Shown piece by piece: positions 1 through 7,870 of a stretch of DNA of 64,000 nucleotides. Source of the DNA: Histomonas meleagridis 2922-C6/04-290x. Taxonomy: Eukaryota; Protista; Parabasalia. The notes below the pieces were generated by a model that was not told the DNA's origin, did no database searches, and worked only from the letters and a program-made list of their open reading frames with translations. The translations under genes were made by a program, and so were the position numbers. The DNA is taken from NCBI GenBank assembly GCA_020184695.1, contig JAANOX010000099.1, forward strand, positions 186,001 through 250,000. The letters run 5' to 3'. How positions within the stretch are numbered: position 1 is the first letter of the stretch; each line of letters begins with the position of its first letter.

Positions 1-421
1 ATGAACGGATTGGTGCTGGGAATTTACCTGTCTTGTTGAATGCTGGACCTAATGTCTTGTTAAGGTTCTTGATGATGGTATCAGAAGCAAGGAAAAGATG
101 ATGCTTCTTTGCCCAGTACTTGATTGTCTTCTTGTCCTTGTTGAAGTTTGTAAGGGTTTGGAGGTCATAGTATGGAACATTGATAGCAGCAGCTTGTTCG
201 CAGTGAATCTTATCACCCATGATACCAATGCGAAGGCCTGGACGGATAACATTTGGAAGCTTGATGCTACCAATGAAACGCTTATCCTTTGCGATGTTAT
301 AACCCTTAAGACGGATTTGAAGTTCGATAGTTTCGGTGAACTTCCTCTTCTTCTTGTTGTTAGAGTAGTCAAGGATTTCAGCAATAGCAGACCTAAGGTT
401 CTCCTGATGAATGCGAGACAT
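1..421 (-). CDS. RPL10A: 60S ribosomal protein L10a (uL1), 3' end runs off the window
   Basis: Manual translation from ATG at 421: MSRIHQENLRSAIAEILDYSNNKKKRKFTETIELQIRLKGYNIAKDKRFIGSIKLP...GPAFNKTGKFPAP, the uL1 signature. It is absent from the ORF track; the listed 49..477 and 98..460 ORFs are shadows. Confidence 0.95.
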   Translation of the reverse strand, partial: MSRIHQENLRSAIAEILDYSNNKKKRKFTETIELQIRLKGYNIAKDKRFIGSIKLPNVIRPGLRIGIMGDKIHCEQAAAINVPYYDLQTLTNFNKDKKTIKYWAKKHHLFLASDTIIKNLNKTLGPAFNKTGKFPAPIRS

Positions 422-428
422 TTTGCAG

Positions 429-448
429 AAAGGACGGACCATAACCGC
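429..448 (-). promoter_or_regulatory. M3 (Myb-like, GCGGTTA) plus M5 (CCTTT) core promoter of RPL10A
   Basis: Minus strand reads GCGGTTATGGTCCGTCCTTT, ending 7 nt before the ATG. It matches the trichomonad M3 and M5 core-promoter motifs. Confidence 0.7.
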
Positions 449-626
449 TTTAACCGATGAAAAATAAATTGTGTCAATTTAAAAACTCACAAATATTTTT
501 GCCAAGAACTTGTTTAAAAACACATTTTTCTCATAACACATAACGGAAATGTTATAATCGTCTAAGATTAGTCGCAAAAAGTATGTCACAATTTTTTAGG
601 ATTGATAGCGAACAAAAATAATATGA

Positions 627-1496
627 TTAGATATTTCTGGACGATTCCTCAATTTCTCTTTTGAGCCCTTCGTTTGTGAATGTTGGGTATATGATCTCCT
701 TCCAATCAGGATTTGAGTATTTTTTGATCCATGGAATAACAATCTTCATCCATTTGTAAACGGGCTCCACTTCCTTGGTGACTGGGTCAATACGCGTGTA
801 GTGAATTATTGCGGCGTTTTTGAGTTTTTCTGACTCGTCATTGTTTACCAGCTTTTTTCTGAACTCTGATTGGGGGATCATCTCTATGCGGGTTCGCAGG
901 ACTTGCATCACATGGAAATGTGTAACTATAATCGCCGAACTTGGTTGAATTGGAAACTCAGAAAGTTGGTCAAGAATATAATCAACTCGAAGAGCAACAT
1001 CAGCAAGTGATTCACCAGAAGGAGGTTTCCAATAAAAAGCATCGCGCTCACGCCACTTGAGTTGCGCTTCAAATCGCTTTTGACGTACGGCATATGAGAG
1101 TCTTGAGAGTTTACCAAAATTTCGCTCATGAAGAAAAACATTACGAGTCCAATTGGCATGAGGGAGATTGAGAAGAGCTGCTGTTTCAAGCGCTCGAATG
1201 TATTCACTGCAAAGATATTGTCCAAAAAAATATGATACATTTTTTTTTATCCATTCACCTGCCGCTCTACTTTGTTCTCTACCTTTAGATGTAAGGCGCC
1301 ATTGTGATTCATGTGTTTCAAGGAATTTTGGTGAGAAAAATTGGTAATTTCCTTTTTTTTCTTCAGCATAGGCTTTGTTTCCTTCTGCATATCCATGCCG
1401 AACAAGAATCAAATCTTTGGGCATGTTAATCAACCCTACAAGAGGAACTTTTTGTGATTTTGCTAAGAAACGCCCAAAAGAACATGATTTTATCAT
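627..1496 (-). CDS. Histidine phosphatase / phosphoglycerate mutase family protein
   Basis: LILVRHG motif, LHERNFG, PPSGESLADVALRV, IIVTH. The start may be the internal M of MPKDLILVRHG. Confidence 0.88.
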   Translation of the reverse strand: MIKSCSFGRFLAKSQKVPLVGLINMPKDLILVRHGYAEGNKAYAEEKKGNYQFFSPKFLETHESQWRLTSKGREQSRAAGEWIKKNVSYFFGQYLCSEYIRALETAALLNLPHANWTRNVFLHERNFGKLSRLSYAVRQKRFEAQLKWRERDAFYWKPPSGESLADVALRVDYILDQLSEFPIQPSSAIIVTHFHVMQVLRTRIEMIPQSEFRKKLVNNDESEKLKNAAIIHYTRIDPVTKEVEPVYKWMKIVIPWIKKYSNPDWKEIIYPTFTNEGLKREIEESSRNI

Positions 1497-1824
1497 ATGC
1501 CGATAAAAGCCGATAGAATGGGTATTTTCGACCGTTTAAAGTATATCGGTAACGTCACTTTTGGTTTATGAAAAACTCAATCATGACAGAAAACACCACA
1601 AATGAATAAAATGAAAATGTCTTTATTTTGTTATATAAAGAACAAATTATAAAGTAAGTTTAATAAAATTTTTTTTTATGAATGTAAAATATAAATAAAT
1701 CTATCTAAAAAATCATGTGAATATCTTTACGAAAAAATTGAAGGAATCAACAAAAAATATGATATTAATGTTCATGTTTTGTAGAGGGATGTTATGATAT
1801 CTTATTGTTAAAGAATATGGGAAA

Positions 1825-2126
1825 TTTGAGTGGTTTAAATATTCCCTAATATCACTTTGATATATCAAAATAATAAAATAAATTTCAAATAAAACAAATA
1901 AATATCTTTGGTATTAATTTCAATTCATTCTTGTTCATGAAGTAGTTGAACGATTTCTGTATACCCATTTTCAGATGCATACATAAGTACTGTCAAAAAT
2001 AATTTCGTTTATTATTTTGAAACATCAAATTGTTAAAATAAATTTTGAATATAAAAATATCTTTAGCATTAATATCAATTCCTTCTTGTTCAAGAAGCAA
2101 TTTAACTATTTCTGTATAACCATTTA
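1825..2126 (-). pseudogene. Orphan decayed fragment of the split-ankyrin array
   Basis: NGYTEIVKLLLEQEGIDINAKD, a 65-nt damaged spacer, TVLMYASENGYTEIVQLLHEQE*IEINTKD (in-frame TGA), then a spacer-like sequence with no following repeat and no N-terminal domain. Confidence 0.85.
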
Positions 2127-2569
2127 AACTTTTTAATTTGTGTTTTCTATTGTGAGAGATAATTTCAAAATGTTTGTTGATTTTAAGAACGTTCAAATCA
2201 AATTTTATTTAACAAACAATACTATTTTATGGGATTTCATAATATATATAGGTTATTTATTTTATTACATTTTATTCATTTAATCAACTTCTTCAACGCG
2301 TGAATGATAACTAATTACATAATTTGTGTTATTTTATTTGTTTTCTAATTTCTTTTGCTTAGCTTTCAAATGACAATTGTTGAACCTTCAACTAACACTG
2401 TGTATCTGTTGCATCTGATCTAGATCGTTTAGATCTCTTAAAACTTGTACAATCCATAAATCTTAAAAAAAAAAAAAAAAAAATCGATAAATCATTAATT
2501 TTGCAAAATTAATTTATTTGGATTTTTATCCATTTTTGATTTTTTACACGACCGTTAACAAGAAGTTAT

Positions 2570-2589
2570 AACGGTTTTGTTGGGCCTTT
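2570..2589 (+). promoter_or_regulatory. M3 (AACGGTTT) plus M5 (CCTTT) core promoter of the NAC gene
   Basis: AACGGTTTTGTTGGGCCTTT ends 9 nt before ATG 2599; a second ACCGTT lies near 2550. Confidence 0.6.
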
Positions 2590-2598
2590 GATCAAGCA

Positions 2599-3012
2599 AT
2601 GTCACCAGGAGTTGGTATGAAGACCGGAGGACGCGGCTCATGGCGTCGTAAGACAAAGAAAACACAAAAGAATGGAAACCAAAATGGACTTAAAGTTTGG
2701 TTAGCAGCACAACGTCTTGGATGCCGTGAATTTGGAGAATTAGATTCAGCATCAATAATTCTTCAAGGCAGCGAAGAAGCACTTTCCTTCCAAAAACCAG
2801 AACTTGCATTCAACATGCATGCAAATACATATGCTATAATGGGAAAGGTTGAAAAGAAACCAATTGTTGAAGTATTAACTGATCTCATTTCAGGAATGAA
2901 TCTTTCTGGACTTAATAAGAAAGCAGAAGAAGAAAATAATGATCTTGGAGATGTTCCAGAAGATGTTGATTTCTCTAAAACAGAAGAAGAGCCAAAGCCT
3001 GATTCTGAGTAA
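2599..3012 (+). CDS. Nascent polypeptide-associated complex beta-like subunit (BTF3/EGD1 family)
   Basis: MKTGGRGSWRRKTKK N-terminal basic motif, NAC-domain-like middle (FQKPELAFNMHANTYAIMGKVEKK), and an acidic tail with DVPEDVDF. Confidence 0.85.
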   Translation: MSPGVGMKTGGRGSWRRKTKKTQKNGNQNGLKVWLAAQRLGCREFGELDSASIILQGSEEALSFQKPELAFNMHANTYAIMGKVEKKPIVEVLTDLISGMNLSGLNKKAEEENNDLGDVPEDVDFSKTEEEPKPDSE

Positions 3013-3157
3013 ACATTTATTTACATCAAAAACAGACTTTAAACAAACAATACACCAATCGAAACATTTGACATTATTAACCGTTAAAATATTGAAATTT
3101 TTTATGGTTTTCAAATTTGGTACACCCACAGAATTTGTGTGAAAAATGATCGTTTAG

Positions 3158-6100
3158 ATGTCATCAGAAATCGGAGTACCTTTATTCCAATGGATCCAAA
3201 GTTTAAGAGCTGATATCTTGCAAATACTTAAGCTCTACAAGTCTGTCGTTATACATAGAACTAAACTTGCTTGCGTTTGTTCAGAATTACATGCATTCGT
3301 CAAAAAGTTAGCAGTCATGAAATGCGGCAATAAAATTGCTTCTCCTACTGAAAGCATAGCTCTTCGTCAAGCATCCCAGTTAATATCTGATCTTCATGAA
3401 CTATTTACCAATTTATTTGAAGAAAATTACATTAGAATATTACTTGAACATCCATTACTATACATTAATGATAAGCTCAACGAGTTCAAGAACGATTTTA
3501 ACAAAGCTATTGAAGATTCAAAAATTATTGAATCAAATGTCTTTCGACTTTCAAAAGAACAAGAAAATGTAGATGACCAAGTAGATTGTTATGATTTACG
3601 CGATAAAGTTGAAACAATCATTTCAAATGATCAATCAATTTCTCAAGAAGAATCACAAAAACTTCAAGACAAACTAGAAGAAATTAACCAACGCATCAGT
3701 GTACTTGACGACACCAAAGATTCACGTGTTCTTACTGCTGAGGAGGTAGCACAAGGTTTTTCACAATTCAGTGAATTTGCATATGATCATTCCGCTTTTG
3801 AGTTACGAAAACGCATTGGCTCTGGTGGTTTTGCAGATGTGTATCTTGGTTATCACATCAAAGAGAAACGTTTTGTTGCCATCAAGAAGATGAATGCATC
3901 ACAATTCGACAAGCACACATTTGAAATGCTTCAACGTGAGATTAAAATTGCGTCCACACTTAACCACTTTGCCATTTTACCATTTATTGGCATAACTCTT
4001 GAGCCTCCATATTACATCATCACCGAATACATGTCGGGGAACTCACTCTTTAAACGGCTTCACTCTGATTCAAATCCACTTTCACCGACCAAACATACTA
4101 TTATAGCATTAGGTGTTGCATGTGGGCTTTCCTTTATCCACAAAAAAGGATTAGTTCATCGTGATATTAAGTCACCTAATATCTTATTGGATGCTGATGA
4201 TTATCCAAAAATTTGTGATTTTGGTTTGAGTCGAATGATTAGTAATGATTCTGAAGTAATGACAGGTGGTACAGGTACAGCACAATGGATGGCGCCTGAA
4301 GTCCTTGATTCCAAACCTTATGGTAAGAAAGCCGATGTATATTCATATGGAATTCTATTCTGGGAATTACTTTCGCATGAAATCCCTTACAGAGGTCTCC
4401 GGGATTATCAAGTTGTTGTTGCAGTGATGCAAGGCTCGCGACCATTAATTCCGACGACCTGCCCCAGGCGAATTGCGCAGTTTATTGAAAAGTGCTGGGA
4501 CAAAAATCCAGAAAACCGCCCTGACTTTGACATTATTGTTAAAGCATTTGAAAGTGGGCAATTAGATTTTCCAGGCACGAATCATAGTGAAGTTGAAGCA
4601 TATTTGAATCAATTTATTAAGCGGAAAGAAACAGTCTTTAATCCAGGTGCACCATCATCAATAACATTATATCGAATTTTAGATGATTTAACTAATAATA
4701 TCTCTAATTTGAAGACGATTATAGATGATGAGAAATGGCTAGAATTATTTTCTAATGAAAAATGCATTAAAATGTTTATTGATTCAATGAACAAATGTAA
4801 TACATTACAACTTGCATTTGATTTCTCACTAATTATTAATACCATTTTAAAGAATAATAGTTTGTCCACGATATTTATCGAGAATAATGGAACTAATTCA
4901 TATTTAAACTTATTCTTAAAGTATGGAGTTTCATCAATGCCATTAGCGATTTCTAATTTATTAATGTTACCATTAACTAAACTTAACAAAGAACATTTCA
5001 TTAAACTTGCTCCATTTTTAATTACATCAGATTTATCGAATCGAATTAATTGTTCCATTTATATAATCAAATTATTACAAGGTAAATATTATGAAAATGA
5101 TTCAGCAATATGTCAAATAGTACAAAATGTTTTAGTGAACGTTGTACCAGAATCGCCAATCGAATTACTTAAGTTATCACTCGAGTTGTTGAAGTATTTA
5201 ATCGAAATACCTAAGGCTTGTCGAATGATGGAAGCTTATGATTTCACATCTAAAATATGCGCATTGTTATTATGTGATGACGATTATATTGTTTCATGTT
5301 CACTTGAGTTATATACTAAAATCGTTACGACGACAATACTTATTCAAAAGAGTATAATTACTTTCGTTGATATGTTCCCAAATTTAATTAATAAATTCAA
5401 TGATCAAAATCAACGAAAATTAATTTATATATTAGCAAAAATGATATTTAAATCTCCTAGTGCTATTAATAAATTCATTAATTCAAACGAAGCGTGTGAA
5501 GCTTTAGAAAAATGTTTGGAGAGCGATGATTCAAATGTTGTTATGTTATCATTAAAAACAATTGCTGGCTTACTGATAAAAAGTGGCTGCTATTCAACAT
5601 TTGAAAAAGTTTATCCAAAATTGAACAAATTCTTTGCTTCTGAATATGATTCAATGAAAGGTATCGTTGCTTCAATTTACACGTTAATCCTTCAGAAATA
5701 TGACATTGAAAAGTTCAAAACATTTGAACTGAAAAAGTTCATCTTAGAAAATTTGAACGAAGGTGAATTGACCACACAAGCTTTGAATTTATGTGGTGTA
5801 ATCTCTTCAACTTTAAACGGTGTGTTGTTCATTCAAGAAGCAATACCTTCTATCGTACGGTTATTGAAAACTAAAGAATACGCTAAAACCGCTCTGATGG
5901 TTTTGGCGTTTGTATCGGTCGTTGAACCGATGTCAAAACCGTTGTCAGAATGTGTTTCTACGGTTTTCGGTTTTTTGGGTGACCCCGAAATGACACAATA
6001 TGCTTTGATTCTAATTGCTAATATTACTATAAATCCTTATGCTGCAATAGAATGCGCAAAGAACTTGGAGGGTCTGGTGAATATGATTAAGAGTGATGAT

Positions 6101-6412
6101 GAAATGAACGTGAAAAGAACTTTCATTGCATTAGAAAGAACGTTTGGAGTAAATGAAATCGAAAGTTACGTTGACGAACAAGGCATCGAAAAGTTAATTG
6201 GTTGCGTTGATGAATATTTGAAAACTGATCAGGCATCTCAGATCTTGCTAATTTTGGACGCAATTTCTAGTATGAAGATTGGAAAGGAAGTCATCATTAA
6301 CTCATCCCTTCCGAAGTTCTTGCAGAGCCAATTGGAGCAATCAGCCGTAAAAGGATTAGCTCGATCATATTATCAAAGGATTCTTTTGCGGACTTTAAAT
6401 TCCACTGAATAA
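3158..6412 (+). CDS. TKL-family protein kinase with N-terminal helical domain and C-terminal ARM/HEAT-like region
   Basis: IGSGGFADV, VAIK, HRDIKSPNILL, DFG, GTAQWMAPE, DVYSYG; the C-terminal half is Leu-rich and helical-repeat-like. Confidence 0.92.
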   Translation: MSSEIGVPLFQWIQSLRADILQILKLYKSVVIHRTKLACVCSELHAFVKKLAVMKCGNKIASPTESIALRQASQLISDLHELFTNLFEENYIRILLEHPLLYINDKLNEFKNDFNKAIEDSKIIESNVFRLSKEQENVDDQVDCYDLRDKVETIISNDQSISQEESQKLQDKLEEINQRISVLDDTKDSRVLTAEEVAQGFSQFSEFAYDHSAFELRKRIGSGGFADVYLGYHIKEKRFVAIKKMNASQFDKHTFEMLQREIKIASTLNHFAILPFIGITLEPPYYIITEYMSGNSLFKRLHSDSNPLSPTKHTIIALGVACGLSFIHKKGLVHRDIKSPNILLDADDYPKICDFGLSRMISNDSEVMTGGTGTAQWMAPEVLDSKPYGKKADVYSYGILFWELLSHEIPYRGLRDYQVVVAVMQGSRPLIPTTCPRRIAQFIEKCWDKNPENRPDFDIIVKAFESGQLDFPGTNHSEVEAYLNQFIKRKETVFNPGAPSSITLYRILDDLTNNISNLKTIIDDEKWLELFSNEKCIKMFIDSMNKCNTLQLAFDFSLIINTILKNNSLSTIFIENNGTNSYLNLFLKYGVSSMPLAISNLLMLPLTKLNKEHFIKLAPFLITSDLSNRINCSIYIIKLLQGKYYENDSAICQIVQNVLVNVVPESPIELLKLSLELLKYLIEIPKACRMMEAYDFTSKICALLLCDDDYIVSCSLELYTKIVTTTILIQKSIITFVDMFPNLINKFNDQNQRKLIYILAKMIFKSPSAINKFINSNEACEALEKCLESDDSNVVMLSLKTIAGLLIKSGCYSTFEKVYPKLNKFFASEYDSMKGIVASIYTLILQKYDIEKFKTFELKKFILENLNEGELTTQALNLCGVISSTLNGVLFIQEAIPSIVRLLKTKEYAKTALMVLAFVSVVEPMSKPLSECVSTVFGFLGDPEMTQYALILIANITINPYAAIECAKNLEGLVNMIKSDDEMNVKRTFIALERTFGVNEIESYVDEQGIEKLIGCVDEYLKTDQASQILLILDAISSMKIGKEVIINSSLPKFLQSQLEQSAVKGLARSYYQRILLRTLNSTE

Positions 6413-6815
6413 ATTTCCATATTTTTAAATATCGATTTCAAAATCTCTTTAATTCAATTGTTCATTGATTATTATCATTTGTTTGCAATTTTTGTTATTA
6501 ATTTTATTTTATCGGAATTTATTTTATTTATTTATTACGCCTTTTATGTGCGCGTGCGCTTTCGGTAGTTTAGAAGCTGTTAACGAATATTTGAAACTGC
6601 TTTTACTCAAGCAATAAAGAATGATCGTGTAGAAGTTGTTAAATTTTTATAAAGTGGTTGCAGAAAGTTCTCTCCCAAACACTTCAGTTTTTGAATATAA
6701 ATCCGATGATTTTTCATTCATTCGGTTCTATCGTTGGGAAACCTTATAATCTAAAAGAAATAGAAAGCCGAATTTGATGAAAATGATAAACGGTCGATGA
6801 TTAACGTATTTTCAA

Positions 6816-7295
6816 ATGTTTTCTTTGGCGATTTTGACTCTTTTGGCTTTTGATTTCTCAAAAGATTCATATGAGGAAAGAAGGAAAACAGGTAACGAAT
6901 GTAATGTTGTGGCTGATGGATGTTCATTCTCTCAAACATATCAAGATCAGGTTTTATTTCCTTTGATGTTTGGTTCTTCATGTTCAATAACATTAGAAAC
7001 ATGTAAAGTTGGAAGATGTTATGGAATTATTGATTGGACTTATAATTTAAAATGGGCATATGTTGATAACATTCAACAATCTATTTTTGCAAATTTTTCA
7101 ATTACAAATGCAAGGTCCGTTAGGATATTGCCAACAGGAGTTTTATTTACGCCAGCATCTTCTATTGTACATATTAATTTCACTGTTCATTCATGTGAAG
7201 ATTTTTACAGAATGCATCCATATGAACCTATTGAAGAATGCGACAGAGCAATTGCTAACATAAGTTCACCAATCAGAGGTTCACAGTTTTGTTAA
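6816..7295 (+). CDS. Hypothetical small secreted Cys-containing protein
   Basis: 159-aa ORF with a signal-peptide-like N-terminus (MFSLAILTLLAF) and spaced cysteines; no family recognised. Confidence 0.6.
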   Translation: MFSLAILTLLAFDFSKDSYEERRKTGNECNVVADGCSFSQTYQDQVLFPLMFGSSCSITLETCKVGRCYGIIDWTYNLKWAYVDNIQQSIFANFSITNARSVRILPTGVLFTPASSIVHINFTVHSCEDFYRMHPYEPIEECDRAIANISSPIRGSQFC

Positions 7296-7359
7296 TTTGT
7301 TTGTAAATAATAAATTCATAAATTCTTTTCAAATTATGTTTTAGCCAAAACTGAAATGT

Positions 7360-7809
7360 TTATTGAACCTTTTCACATGCACCTCCTGCAGCTTTGATCT
7401 TTCTTTCAGCAGATTGTGAGAAATCTTTGGCACGAACAATTAATGGAATTTGTGGGAGTTCACCACGACCAACAACTTTGAAATATCCATTGGCAACGCA
7501 ATCAATGACTGGAACTGCATCGCCTTGTTTTTTAGAAGCAGCTTGGTTGCGAACTTCTTCAGGAACTAATGTCCAAAGTTTGTCAATATTGATGATTGGT
7601 TCCCATTCGCGGCACTTGAATACATGAAGACGGCGCATACCAACCTTACCGAAGTATCCTGGGTGATAACGATCGAACCAAGTTCTTTGATGATGTTGAC
7701 CACCAGCATTACCGCAACCTCCTGGTGACTTCCTGTGCTTTCCAACACGACCGTAACCCATTGATTCTTGGCCACGAAGCTTCCTTGACTTCTTGAAACG
7801 AGTTGGCAT
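7360..7809 (-). CDS. RPL27A: 60S ribosomal protein L27a (uL15)
   Basis: [13 protein letters not shown]...[21 protein letters not shown]...[11 protein letters not shown]. Confidence 0.97.
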   Translation of the reverse strand: MPTRFKKSRKLRGQESMGYGRVGKHRKSPGGCGNAGGQHHQRTWFDRYHPGYFGKVGMRRLHVFKCREWEPIINIDKLWTLVPEEVRNQAASKKQGDAVPVIDCVANGYFKVVGRGELPQIPLIVRAKDFSQSAERKIKAAGGACEKVQ

Positions 7810-7815
7810 CCCGAA

Positions 7816-7833
7816 AAAGGACGGCCAAACCGC
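7816..7833 (-). promoter_or_regulatory. M3 plus M5 core promoter of RPL27A
   Basis: Minus strand reads GCGGTTTGGCCGTCCTTT, ending 6 nt before the ATG; the layout matches RPL10A. Confidence 0.7.
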
Positions 7834-7870
7834 CGATAACCTCCGAAGCCATTATAATAAAATTAATTTT

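Noticed and set aside
98-460. Antisense or alternate-frame ORFs over GC-richer genes (also 7394-7627, 24015-25022, 27906-28589, 29680-30101, 48862-49809, 53620-53881)
   Set aside because: Shadow ORFs of well-supported genes, with no recognisable protein features.
2360-2482. A18 tract preceded by ACTAACAC and a short coding-like stretch (retrocopy or intron remnant)
   Set aside because: No acceptor AG after the motif, no target-site duplication and no recognisable parent gene.
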